A stretch of DNA of 44,294 nt, taken from the NCBI GenBank assembly GCA_017555545.1, contig JAFZGE010000017.1, positions 1-44,294 on the forward strand, in the 5' to 3' direction. The DNA is from Alistipes sp. (GTDB taxonomy: Bacteria; Bacteroidota; Bacteroidia; Bacteroidales; Rikenellaceae). The notes beneath the pieces were generated by a model. It made no database searches and had not been told where the DNA came from. It saw only the letters and a list, made by a program, of their open reading frames with translations. Shown here one piece after another: positions 1-9,242 of the stretch. Position 1 is the first letter of the stretch; each line of letters opens with the position of its first letter. Made by a program: the position numbers and the translations under genes.

Positions 1-689
1 AAGTTGTACTTAGACTCTACAGAAGCCTTCTGGAGGTCATCCTGCTGAGCGAGTAACTCTACATATCGCTTCTTAGCGAATGCGGGCAACAAGATCCAGC
101 GACGTACATCCTCAGGACGGCTGATCTCGTTCTGCTTGCGGGGCTCCTCAGTTACGTTAACAACGGCGCGAGAGTGAGCCATACGTGTAGTTACACGCAT
201 CAAAACGGGCAACTTGACAGCCTCAGAGAGCTCGAAAGCTGCACAAGTCATGTCGTAAGCCTCCTGCTGTGATGAGGGCTCGAAGATAGGCATCAAAGCG
301 AACTTACCATAGAAGCGTGAGTCCTGCTCGTTCTGTGATGAGTGCATAGATGGGTCGTCAGCAGCAACAACTACCAAACCACCATTAACACCGGTCATTG
401 CTGAGTTAACGAATGGGTCAGCTGCAACGTTCATACCCACGTGCTTCATACACACGAGGGCGCGCTTACCCATGTAAGACATACCGAGAGCACCCTCCAT
501 AGCGGTCTTCTCGTTAGTAGCCCAACGGCAGCAGATCTTATTCTCTGCATCGCCGCGCTTCTCCTCGCGGAGCTGAATGAATTCTGTAATTTCGGTTGAA
601 GGCGTTCCAGGATAAGCATAGACACCCGATAGACCAGAGTCGATAGCGGCCTGAGCGATAGCCTCGTCACCGAGAAGTAGTTTTCTCAT
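1..689 (-). CDS. iorA: Indolepyruvate ferredoxin oxidoreductase alpha subunit, 5' part (runs off the window edge)
   Basis: Not in the ORF track because it is truncated. Manual translation from ATG at 689 gives MRKLLLGDEAIAQAAIDSGLSGVYAYPGTPSTEITE..., with later MKHVGMNVAADPF and DDPSMHSSQNEQDSR motifs typical of IorA. Confidence 0.9.
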   Translation of the reverse strand, partial: MRKLLLGDEAIAQAAIDSGLSGVYAYPGTPSTEITEFIQLREEKRGDAENKICCRWATNEKTAMEGALGMSYMGKRALVCMKHVGMNVAADPFVNSAMTGVNGGLVVVAADDPSMHSSQNEQDSRFYGKFALMPIFEPSSQQEAYDMTCAAFELSEAVKLPVLMRVTTRMAHSRAVVNVTEEPRKQNEISRPEDVRRWILLPAFAKKRYVELLAQQDDLQKASVESKYN

Positions 690-747
690 AATTAGTATAG
701 GTTTTAGGTTTGTGATCTATTTTGGTTAAAGCGCTATTACGCATCTT

Positions 748-755
748 CAAAGTTA
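748..755 (-). promoter_or_regulatory. Bacteroidetes sigma-A -7 box (TAACTTTG) for iorA
   Basis: Matches TAnnTTTG about 60 nt upstream of the iorA ATG, in an AT-rich gap. Confidence 0.6.
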
Positions 756-827
756 AGCAAAATTTTTCAAACAACGAAATATTTTTATCGGTTTCTTTTT
801 TTAAGAGATGGACACCTCTTCTAAGCA

Positions 828-913
828 AAGGATCCAAAGGGTTCGAAAGAGTTCGAAGGGCTCAAAATGGTTTTTCCTTTTGAGCCTTTTAGACACCTTC
901 TAAACCTTTAATC
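828..913. repeat. Degenerate palindromic element built from ~10-nt units
   Basis: agggttcgaa/agagttcgaa/gggctcaaaa is followed by mirrored ttttgagcct/tttagacacc/ttctaaacct. The central stem is gggctcaaaa...ttttgagcct. Confidence 0.4.
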
Positions 914-920
914 ACACAAC

Positions 921-955
921 AAAAAAGAGGAACACAGTAATAACTGCATCCCTCT
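921..955 (-). terminator. Intrinsic terminator after upp
   Basis: Minus strand reads agagggatgcag-ttatta-ctgtgttcctct followed by a T run. Confidence 0.7.
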
Positions 956-980
956 GAAATTTATTGTTCCAAGCGCTTGA

Positions 981-1634
981 TTATAGCTTTACGCCATATG
1001 CCAAGTCACCCGCATCGCCAATACCTGGAACGATATATGATTTCGACGTAAGCTCCTCATCTACAACAGCACACCACAACGTACACTTCTCCGAATTACA
1101 ATGGCGCTTAACATAGTCTACACCCTCCTCCGAAGCAAAGACTGCAGCAAAGTGCGTATGGTCAGGCTCGCCAGCACGACGTATCAAAGCATCGTAGACA
1201 AGCATCAACGATGTACCCGTCGAGAGCATGGGGTCAACCAAGATAAGCGTCTTGCCCGAGAGCGATGAGGTAGCGACATACTCCACATCGATAATGAACG
1301 AGCCATCGGGGCGGCTCTTACGATATGCCGACACAAAGCCGCTCTCTGCATCATCAAAGTAGTTGAGGAAACCCTGATGGAAGGGCAATCCCGCACGCAG
1401 AATGGTAGCCACAACAACCTTGTCCGAGATCTCCTCAACAGCTGCAACGCCGAGGGGTGTTTCCACCATGCGCGTCTTATAGTTGAGCTTCTTAGATATC
1501 TCGTATGCCATAATCTCACCCACACGCTCCATGTTACGACGGAAGCGCATAGAGTCATTCTGCACACCCTTCTCACGCATCTGCGAGAGGAACTTATTGA
1601 GAATCGTATTCTCCTGGTTGAGTATCTTTACCAT
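981..1634 (-). CDS. upp: Uracil phosphoribosyltransferase
   Basis: ILRAGLPFHQG, PRPP-binding LVDPMLSTG and C-terminal YIVPGIGDAGD motifs. Confidence 0.96.
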   Translation of the reverse strand: MVKILNQENTILNKFLSQMREKGVQNDSMRFRRNMERVGEIMAYEISKKLNYKTRMVETPLGVAAVEEISDKVVVATILRAGLPFHQGFLNYFDDAESGFVSAYRKSRPDGSFIIDVEYVATSSLSGKTLILVDPMLSTGTSLMLVYDALIRRAGEPDHTHFAAVFASEEGVDYVKRHCNSEKCTLWCAVVDEELTSKSYIVPGIGDAGDLAYGVKL

Positions 1635-1661
1635 ATCCGCAAAATATTGGTTTATAACACT

Positions 1662-2894
1662 TTAGTACAAGAAGTTATTGAAAGGATAGCGTCCCGCATG
1701 AATCTCACGCACCATGCCGTAGAGATCCGATCGGAGCTTATCCACACCCATCTTCTCGCGTGCCGAGATAAAGATGCAAGGCGTATTTGCCTTAGCAATC
1801 CAACTCTTCTTCATGTCATCGAGCGACAAGTTCTCCTTCGTTACTGGAGTGAGGTCATCCTCCTCCTTTGGAGTATATGTGTAGGCGTCGATCTTGTTGA
1901 AGACCAAAAACGTAGGTTTATCACCAGCACCGATGTCTGCAAGGGTCTGCTTAACAACAGCAATCTGATCCTCGAAGCCTGGGTGCGAGATATCAACAAC
2001 ATGTAGCAATAAGTCTGCCTCACGCACCTCATCCAACGTCGACTTAAACGACTCAATAAGCTCTGTGGGGAGCTTACGGATGAAACCTACGGTGTCGGAC
2101 ATAAGGAATGGGAGATTATCGAACACCACCTTACGCACTGTTGTGTCGAGTGTTGCAAAGAGCTTATTCTCAGCAAACACCTCACTCTTGGAGAGCAAGT
2201 TCATAAGCGTAGACTTACCAACGTTGGTATATCCCACCAATGCCACGCGCACCATCTGACCACGATTTGAGCGCTGCACCGCCATCTGACGGTCAATCTT
2301 TTTAAGATCCTCCTTAAGCTTAGAGATACGGTTGCGCACGATACGGCGGTCTGTCTCGATCTCACGCTCACCCGCACCACCACGAGTACCTGTACCACCT
2401 CGCTGACGCTCAAGGTGCGTCCACAAACCTGCGAGGCGTGGCAACATATACTCATGCTGCGCCAACTCCACCTGCGTCTTTGCGTATGCTGTCTGCGCAC
2501 GCGACATGAAGATATCGAGAATCAAGCGCGTACGATCCATGATACGACAGGGCATAACCTGCTCGATGTTGCGTGTCTGCGCTGGTGAGAGCTCATCATC
2601 GAAGATAGCCACGTCGATCTCGTTCTCCTTGCACCACTCGGCAATCTCCTCAAGCTTACCAGGACCTACATAGATCTTTGATAGTGGCTGTGGCAGACGC
2701 TGTGTGAAGCGCTTGACGCTGCGTATGTTTACAGTCTCGGCAAGGAACTCCAACTCATCGAGATACTCGATTGCCGTAGCGGGGTTTTGGCTATCACGAA
2801 TTACGGCTACGAGCACCGCACGTGTTTCGCGCTCCTCGACAGTAGGCAGGGGCTCCTCGCGGCGCTGCTTTATGCTTACCTTATCCTCTTTCAT
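1662..2894 (-). CDS. hflX: GTPase HflX
   Basis: GYTNVGKS P-loop, LFATLDTT, DTVGFI, NKID and GAGEREIETDRR motifs. Confidence 0.97.
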   Translation of the reverse strand: MKEDKVSIKQRREEPLPTVEERETRAVLVAVIRDSQNPATAIEYLDELEFLAETVNIRSVKRFTQRLPQPLSKIYVGPGKLEEIAEWCKENEIDVAIFDDELSPAQTRNIEQVMPCRIMDRTRLILDIFMSRAQTAYAKTQVELAQHEYMLPRLAGLWTHLERQRGGTGTRGGAGEREIETDRRIVRNRISKLKEDLKKIDRQMAVQRSNRGQMVRVALVGYTNVGKSTLMNLLSKSEVFAENKLFATLDTTVRKVVFDNLPFLMSDTVGFIRKLPTELIESFKSTLDEVREADLLLHVVDISHPGFEDQIAVVKQTLADIGAGDKPTFLVFNKIDAYTYTPKEEDDLTPVTKENLSLDDMKKSWIAKANTPCIFISAREKMGVDKLRSDLYGMVREIHAGRYPFNNFLY

Positions 2895-2919
2895 CTATTA
2901 TCTATACCTTATATATAAT

Positions 2920-2957
2920 AAGTAACGCACGACAACATACCCGTTCGTGCGTTACTT
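2920..2957. terminator. Hairpin/terminator between tonB and hflX
   Basis: Perfect 13-bp inverted repeat aagtaacgcacga / tcgtgcgttactt. Confidence 0.6.
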
Positions 2958-2982
2958 GTGTTACTTGATTCAACGATTCTCG

Positions 2983-3684
2983 TTAGTTCTGGATCGCGAA
3001 CTTTACGGGCAATGTGAATGAAACCTTTACAGCCTTACCACGCTGCTTACCAGGCTTCCAACCCTTCTTGAGCTTGTTAGCCTCCTGAAGAACTGCGATT
3101 GTAGCATCCGAGAGAGTCTTATCGGGTGACTGAAGCACCTTGAAGTTTGTCATCTTACCATCGGGGCCTACAACGAACTGGATAACTACGTTACCCTGGA
3201 TACCGTTCTCGAGAGCGATCTGAGGATACTTAACGTGTGACTGAACCCAGTTACGGAACTCGGGAAGACCACCACCCTGGAATGTAGGCATCTCCTCTAC
3301 AGTTACGAAGATCTCCTCCTCCTCGATCTCCTCTTCCTTCTCCTCGATTACGATATCGAAGTCGTCGAAGTCATCAGCATCATCAGTAAACACGATGTTT
3401 GTCTCGATCTTCTGGTCGTTAGACACGATGTTAAGCACGTCTGTTACAACCTGTGCCTGTGCCTTCTGGGGCTGTACCTCGGGCTCAGGAATATCCTGGC
3501 GAGTGTTATCAATCTGCTCTACCTCTGTAGTCTCAGCCTTAGGAGGTGTATACTCTGCATTGATCTGTTTAGAGTGAATTGAAAGTGCGACGCCTGTTAC
3601 ACCCAAAGCGATCGCGAGACCCAAAAGCAAGAATACGATTCTGTACGATTGAAGGTTTACGTTTGGAGATTTTTTAACTTCCAT
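2983..3684 (-). CDS. tonB: Energy transducer TonB
   Basis: N-terminal MEVKKSP plus a TM helix, an acidic linker, and a TonB C-terminal domain (EEMPTFQGG, KYPQIALENGIQGNVVIQFVV, WKPGKQRGKAVKVSFTLPVKF). Confidence 0.93.
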   Translation of the reverse strand: MEVKKSPNVNLQSYRIVFLLLGLAIALGVTGVALSIHSKQINAEYTPPKAETTEVEQIDNTRQDIPEPEVQPQKAQAQVVTDVLNIVSNDQKIETNIVFTDDADDFDDFDIVIEEKEEEIEEEEIFVTVEEMPTFQGGGLPEFRNWVQSHVKYPQIALENGIQGNVVIQFVVGPDGKMTNFKVLQSPDKTLSDATIAVLQEANKLKKGWKPGKQRGKAVKVSFTLPVKFAIQN

Positions 3685-3724
3685 GTAATTATATTTTTTT
3701 AGTTTTTAATTACTTACCCATGTT

Positions 3725-3810
3725 GCAGCGCCCAATTCTTCGCAGCAGGCGAGCCATTGCCTCACCCCACAACTGCGCTCTCGGGCACCGCGTACGCGCA
3801 TTATGTGCGC
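3725..3810 (-). ncRNA. Candidate structured 5' leader of tonB
   Basis: GC-rich island between the -7 box (3822-3829) and the tonB ATG. On the minus strand it folds into a three-segment 24-bp stem with 6 G-U pairs, plus a small 5-bp hairpin. Confidence 0.5.
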
Positions 3811-3821
3811 ACTACACTATG

Positions 3822-3890
3822 CAAAGATATATATAAAATTCCAAAAAAACTCATTTTAGACTGAAAAATGTTTAATTTTTATTAATTTTG
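3822..3890. promoter_or_regulatory. Divergent promoters for tonB (-) and rlmN (+)
   Basis: TATCTTTG on the minus strand at 3822-3829 and TAATTTTG on the plus strand at 3883-3890. Confidence 0.6.
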
Positions 3891-3915
3891 TAATCGGAAA
3901 TGTTACTGACGCCCT

Positions 3916-4944
3916 ATGACAAAGAATATAAAGCCCTGCCTTTATGGCATGTCACTCGATGAGTTGAAGAGTCTGTGCAAGGATCTTGAGTTGCCCCAGT
4001 TTGCTGCCAAGCAGATTGCCGGATGGCTATATACGCGCTTCGTGACCGACATCGACGCTATGACAAACCTCTCGAAGGTTGCCCGCGAGCGCCTCAAGGA
4101 GCGTTGTGACCTCGGACTCTCGGCACCCCTCAAGGTGTCGACATCGACCGATGGCACAAAGAAGTACCTCTTCCGCACCTCGGAGGGCGAGTATATAGAG
4201 TCGGCACTCATCCCCGATGGTGAGCGCATGACGCTCTGCGTATCGTCGCAGGCGGGCTGCAAAATGGGTTGTAAGTTCTGCGCTACAGGCCGCATGGGTT
4301 TTAGACACCATCTCCCTGCTACTGAGATAATTAACCAGATACTATCTATCCCCGAGCGCGACAAGCTCACCAACCTTGTGTTTATGGGCATGGGCGAGCC
4401 CCTCGACAATATCGACAACCTTATGCGCACTCTCGATATCCTCACCTCGGAGTGGGGCATGGCGTGGTCGCCTACGCGCATCACCGTCTCTACCGCTGGT
4501 GTTGCCAAGACCCTACCTCGTCTCTTGGATGAGTCGAAGGTGCATATCGCCGTGTCGCTACATAACCCCTTCCCCGAGGAGCGCAAGGAGATTATGCCTA
4601 TCGAGAACGCATACTCTATTAAAGAGGTGTGCGACATCTTGCGTCGCTACGACTTCACCCACCAGCGCCGTGTGTCGTTCGAGTATATCGTCTTGGAGGG
4701 CATGAACTGCTCGTTCCGTCATATCAAGGAGCTATCACGTTTGCTCGACGGCATCAAGTGTCGCATCAACCTTATCCGCTTCCACAAGATTCCCGACTCG
4801 CCATTCTTCTCGCCTGACCTTGAGAAGATTATCGAGTTCCGCGATACGCTAACCAAGCGTGGCATACAGACCACCCTGCGCGCATCGCGTGGCGAGGATA
4901 TCGAGGCGGCATGCGGACTACTATCAACTGCTGAAAATAAGTAA
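3916..4944 (+). CDS. rlmN: 23S rRNA (adenine(2503)-C2)-methyltransferase RlmN
   Basis: CVSSQAGCKMGCKFC radical SAM motif, FMGMGEP and RGEDIEAACG. Confidence 0.97.
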   Translation: MTKNIKPCLYGMSLDELKSLCKDLELPQFAAKQIAGWLYTRFVTDIDAMTNLSKVARERLKERCDLGLSAPLKVSTSTDGTKKYLFRTSEGEYIESALIPDGERMTLCVSSQAGCKMGCKFCATGRMGFRHHLPATEIINQILSIPERDKLTNLVFMGMGEPLDNIDNLMRTLDILTSEWGMAWSPTRITVSTAGVAKTLPRLLDESKVHIAVSLHNPFPEERKEIMPIENAYSIKEVCDILRRYDFTHQRRVSFEYIVLEGMNCSFRHIKELSRLLDGIKCRINLIRFHKIPDSPFFSPDLEKIIEFRDTLTKRGIQTTLRASRGEDIEAACGLLSTAENK

Positions 4945-4946
4945 TC

Positions 4947-7007
4947 ATGAGAAGGTTGATACTGATATTCAGCGCATTGCTGATTAGCCTTAATGCTTTG
5001 GCTGATGGTCGTAGTGTTACGGTCAGCACGTCGTTTGATGGTGCTACCATCACTCTTGATTGGAGTGATGGCACACTCCGTTGGTCAGCCTCAAGCTACG
5101 CCAATTACCAACTTATAGCACCGTCGCGCCTAAAGATGGAGACCTCACAAGGAGTGTGGGGTGAGAATGTTGGCGAGGCTACAGTGCGAGAGTACTCAAC
5201 AGAGGAGTATAGCGGTGCCATCGTTGAATTTGATGCCTTTGCCGTTGAACTTCGAGCCTACGAGCAATATAATTTAGGCGTTGCATACCGTTTTATTTCA
5301 AAGGTCAAGGGTGATTATACTGTTATCGACGAGTTGGCCGAATTTGCGTTTAAGGGCGATGAGATGGCATGGATACCCTATACCAACTTCCGACCTGATG
5401 CCACTTCGGACTATGCCACTCAATACGAGACATCTTTTGAGAACACCTACACCAAAACCGCAATCAAGGATATAGACCCTCGCAGGCTGATATTTACCCC
5501 TGCTGTTGTAGATTGCGTCAATAAGCAAACTGGTCAGGTGATGGTGGCTATTGTTGAGTCTAACCTCGAGGACTATCCAGGTATGTTCCTATCGAATCGC
5601 GATCAGGATAATATCATCGATACGGAATTTGCCCATGTACCTGACAAAGTAGAGCAGGGTGGATATAATATGTTACAGGGCATCGTTAAGAGCCGTAAGC
5701 CATATATTGCCGAGTGCTCGGGCGAGCGCACCTTCCCTTGGCGAGGAGTGATTATCGGAAGTGGTAGCTGGAACTCCTTAGCAAACAACAACCTCGTGTG
5801 GGAGCTTGCTGACGAGTGCCGCTTGGAGGATACCTCGTGGATTAAGCCCGGCAAGGTAGCCTGGGAGTGGTGGAACGACTGGGGTTTGGAGGGTGTAGAC
5901 TTCAAGCCTGGTATCAACAACGAGACCTATAAATATTATATCGACTTCGCCTCACGCTACGGCATCGAGTATGTTATTTTGGACGAGGGTTGGTCGGTAA
6001 ATCTCGCTGCCGACCTTATGCAAGCAGTGCCCGAGATTGACATCAAGGAGTTGGTCGACTACGCTGCAGAGCGCAATGTAGGTATTATCCTCTGGGCGGG
6101 ATATTGGGCATTAAACAAAGACATCGAGGGCTTGTGTAAGCACTACTCCGAGATGGGTGTTAAGGGCTGGAAGGTCGACTTCCTTGACCGCGACGACCAG
6201 GAGATGGTGGAGTTTGTTTACGACTTGGCGGAGACAGCAGCAAAGTACCATATGCTCGTTGATTATCACAGTGTTTACAAGCCTACGGGCCTCAACAAAA
6301 CATACCCCAATGCCATTAATTTTGAGGGTGTTCACGGCCTTGAGACAATGAAGTGGCTCGGCAGGGAGCACGACCAGATAACCTACGACGTGACTATTCC
6401 ATTTATCCGCGCTGTGGCGGGTCCTATGGACTACACCCCTGGTGCTATGCATAACGCACCGCGCGACGAGTACTACCCCGACTACTCACGCCCCATGAGT
6501 CAGGGCACACGCTGCCACCAGTTGGCGATGTATGTGGTATACAATCAACCACTTGCCATGCTCTGTGACTCGCCCACGAACTACGAAAAAGAACCCGAGT
6601 TTACCGAGTTCCTCGCCGAAATACCTACGGTGTGGGATGAGTGGGACGCCATAGAGGGTGTAATTGGTGAGTATATAGTAGTACGCTGCGTCAAGGGTAA
6701 CGATCTCTATTACGCTGGTCTTAACGGCAATACTGAGCGTGATATAACTATCAATTTTGGGTTTGTTGGTTGCGGGGCAGACCAATTGCATTATGGCGAC
6801 ATAGATGTTTATAAAGATAAACTCGCTAGCTCTACTGGTTATAAGCATGTGCGAATAGAGACCAATGGAAGTCGTAATATTATTGGAAATAATTTCCCGG
6901 AAAAACTGACGATACGAATGACTCCAGGAGGTGGATTTGTAATTAAGACACACCGTCGCACCATGAAAGACCTACAACAATCAACTTTTATAGAATGGAC
7001 AAAGTAA
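4947..7007 (+). CDS. Glycoside hydrolase family 97 protein (alpha-glucosidase/galactosidase-like), secreted
   Basis: Signal peptide, then WIKPGKVAWEWW, YIDFAS.YGIEYVILDEGW, GVKGWKVDF, NFEGVHGLE, GPMDYTPG and TRCHQLAMYVV motifs. Confidence 0.92.
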   Translation: MRRLILIFSALLISLNALADGRSVTVSTSFDGATITLDWSDGTLRWSASSYANYQLIAPSRLKMETSQGVWGENVGEATVREYSTEEYSGAIVEFDAFAVELRAYEQYNLGVAYRFISKVKGDYTVIDELAEFAFKGDEMAWIPYTNFRPDATSDYATQYETSFENTYTKTAIKDIDPRRLIFTPAVVDCVNKQTGQVMVAIVESNLEDYPGMFLSNRDQDNIIDTEFAHVPDKVEQGGYNMLQGIVKSRKPYIAECSGERTFPWRGVIIGSGSWNSLANNNLVWELADECRLEDTSWIKPGKVAWEWWNDWGLEGVDFKPGINNETYKYYIDFASRYGIEYVILDEGWSVNLAADLMQAVPEIDIKELVDYAAERNVGIILWAGYWALNKDIEGLCKHYSEMGVKGWKVDFLDRDDQEMVEFVYDLAETAAKYHMLVDYHSVYKPTGLNKTYPNAINFEGVHGLETMKWLGREHDQITYDVTIPFIRAVAGPMDYTPGAMHNAPRDEYYPDYSRPMSQGTRCHQLAMYVVYNQPLAMLCDSPTNYEKEPEFTEFLAEIPTVWDEWDAIEGVIGEYIVVRCVKGNDLYYAGLNGNTERDITINFGFVGCGADQLHYGDIDVYKDKLASSTGYKHVRIETNGSRNIIGNNFPEKLTIRMTPGGGFVIKTHRRTMKDLQQSTFIEWTK

Positions 7008-9241
7008 TAACATCCATATTTGCACTTTTACTCTCATGTGCCACGCTCTCGGCGCAGGAGAGAGATTACACCGAGTGGGTAGACCCATTTATCGGCACTG
7101 CCGACTACTCGGCTACGCACCCAGGCGCTGTTGTGCCCCACGGCATGATGGCGGCTGTGCCATTTAATGTTACAGGCTCGGAGCTCAACCGCTTCGACAA
7201 GGATAACCGCTGGTGGTCAACACCTTACGACATACGCAACAAGTATAGCGTGGGCTTTGCGCATGGCGCGTTGAGTGGCGTAGGATGTCCCGAATTGGGC
7301 GCTATTATCACCATGGCGACAACGGGCACAGCAGAGGCAGACCGCACAAAGCGCGGCTCGACATATAGCAACGAGGTGGCTACACCTGGCTACTACGCAA
7401 CAACCTTCGACCAGTTCGCCGTGCGTGCTGAGGCAACTGCCACAGAGCGCGCATCGGTCGAGCGCTACACCTTCACCGAGGGTGGCGAGGCTAACATCAT
7501 CGTCGACCTTGGCACAGCACTCTCCAACGAGTCGGGAGCGATGCTTCGTCGCGTGAGCAACACCGAGGTCGAGGGAATGCGCCTTTTGGGCACCTTCTGC
7601 TATACCAATCAGGCCGTCTTCCCCATCTACTTCGTCGTGCGCATCTCGCACCCTGCCCAGGATATAAACTACTGGAAGTTGCAACCCGAGATGACGGGCA
7701 TAGAGGCGGCATGGTCGGGCGATAGTGGCGAGTATAAACTATATAAAAACTACGCGCGCGAGATTATGGGCGACGATATAGGCGCTATCTTCAAGCTCGG
7801 CAATGTCGAGCCAGGCACCGAGGTAGTGGTTAAGGTCGGCATATCGTATGTCTCGATAGAGAATGCACGCAAAAATCTCGATGCCGAGGTTGGTACGCGC
7901 GACTTCGACAGCGTGCGCGAGGCTGCCAAGGCAAAGTGGAACGATGCCCTCGGTCGCATACGCGTGGCGGGTGGCTCAGATGACGACCGCACAATCTTCT
8001 ACACCGCGCTCTACCACTCTCTACTACACCCCAACCTCGTTAGCGATGTAAATGGCGAGTACCCCGCAATGGAGTCGGGTGCTACAGGTGTGGCTGTAGG
8101 CTACGACCGATATACAGTATTCTCACTTTGGGACACCTACCGAAATGTGCATCAGTTGCTTACGCTCGTATATCCCGAGGTGCAGACAGATATGATACGC
8201 TCTATGGTCGCCATGAGTCAGGAGTGGGGCTGGTTACCACGCTGGGAGCTCTACGGCCGCGAGACATTTACTATGGAGGGCGACCCTGCAATACCCGTGA
8301 TTGTCGATAGCTACCTCAAGGGCCTGCGCGACTTCGACATCGAGGCCGCATACGATGCTATGAAGCGCTCGGCAACGACAGAGGGTAAGCACAACGCCAT
8401 CCGCCCCGATATCGACCCATATATCGAACATGGCTATATCCCCGTGGGTCTCTTTGCGCAAGATATGTCGGGCGACAACTCCGTGTCACACGCCTTGGAG
8501 TACTACGTGGCAGACAACGCTCTTGCCGCCTTTGCACGCGAGATGGGCGACGAGGCATTTGCCCAGGAGATGAAAAAGAGAGCCGCTGGCTGGCACAACT
8601 ACTACTCTAAGGCTGATGGTGCTATGCGTCCCATTGGCGAGGATGGCAACTACATCGGTGAGTTCGACCCCGCGGCTGGTGCAAACTTCTCGAATACCAT
8701 CGGCTTCCATGAGGGCAGCTCATGGAACTACACCTTCTTCGTGCCCCACGACATCGAGGGGTTGATGAGGGCTATGGGTGGCTCTAAGCGCTTTGTAAGT
8801 AAGTTGCAGTGGGTATTCGACAATGGCCACTACGACCCAACAAACGAGCCCGATATCGCCTACCCCTACCTCTTCAGCCGCGTCAGGGGCGAGGAGTGGC
8901 GCACACAGCGACTTGTCAAGGAGTTGCTCAACGCAAACTACACCACGACGCCCGATGGTCTGCCTGGCAACGACGACACTGGCACGATGTCTACATGGGC
9001 GGTGTTCTCGATGTTGGGCATCTACCCCGACTGCCCCGGCGAGCCATATTACACCATCACTACCCCACGCTTCGAGCGCGCAGAGATAGACACCGAGCAT
9101 GGCACGATAGTGATTACCACCGAGGGCGAGGGCGACTATATTAACGACATACGTCTCGGCACAAAGAGCGCAGGCTACCACATCTCACACGCCGACCTCG
9201 TTAAGGCAAAGGAGTTGAAACTAAAATTAAAATCAAAATAA
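6995..9241 (+). CDS. GH92 family alpha-mannosidase-like glycoside hydrolase
   Basis: VDPFIGT, PGAVVPHGM, SGVGCP, FSLWDTYR, NEPD and GLPGNDDTGTMSTW motifs, with a signal peptide. Confidence 0.94.
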   Translation: MDKVITSIFALLLSCATLSAQERDYTEWVDPFIGTADYSATHPGAVVPHGMMAAVPFNVTGSELNRFDKDNRWWSTPYDIRNKYSVGFAHGALSGVGCPELGAIITMATTGTAEADRTKRGSTYSNEVATPGYYATTFDQFAVRAEATATERASVERYTFTEGGEANIIVDLGTALSNESGAMLRRVSNTEVEGMRLLGTFCYTNQAVFPIYFVVRISHPAQDINYWKLQPEMTGIEAAWSGDSGEYKLYKNYAREIMGDDIGAIFKLGNVEPGTEVVVKVGISYVSIENARKNLDAEVGTRDFDSVREAAKAKWNDALGRIRVAGGSDDDRTIFYTALYHSLLHPNLVSDVNGEYPAMESGATGVAVGYDRYTVFSLWDTYRNVHQLLTLVYPEVQTDMIRSMVAMSQEWGWLPRWELYGRETFTMEGDPAIPVIVDSYLKGLRDFDIEAAYDAMKRSATTEGKHNAIRPDIDPYIEHGYIPVGLFAQDMSGDNSVSHALEYYVADNALAAFAREMGDEAFAQEMKKRAAGWHNYYSKADGAMRPIGEDGNYIGEFDPAAGANFSNTIGFHEGSSWNYTFFVPHDIEGLMRAMGGSKRFVSKLQWVFDNGHYDPTNEPDIAYPYLFSRVRGEEWRTQRLVKELLNANYTTTPDGLPGNDDTGTMSTWAVFSMLGIYPDCPGEPYYTITTPRFERAEIDTEHGTIVITTEGEGDYINDIRLGTKSAGYHISHADLVKAKELKLKLKSK

Positions 9242-9242
9242 G

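Noticed and set aside
3916-4944. Third radical SAM gene as part of the modification system
   Set aside because: It is a standard housekeeping RlmN, more than 30 kb away, with no SPASM domain.
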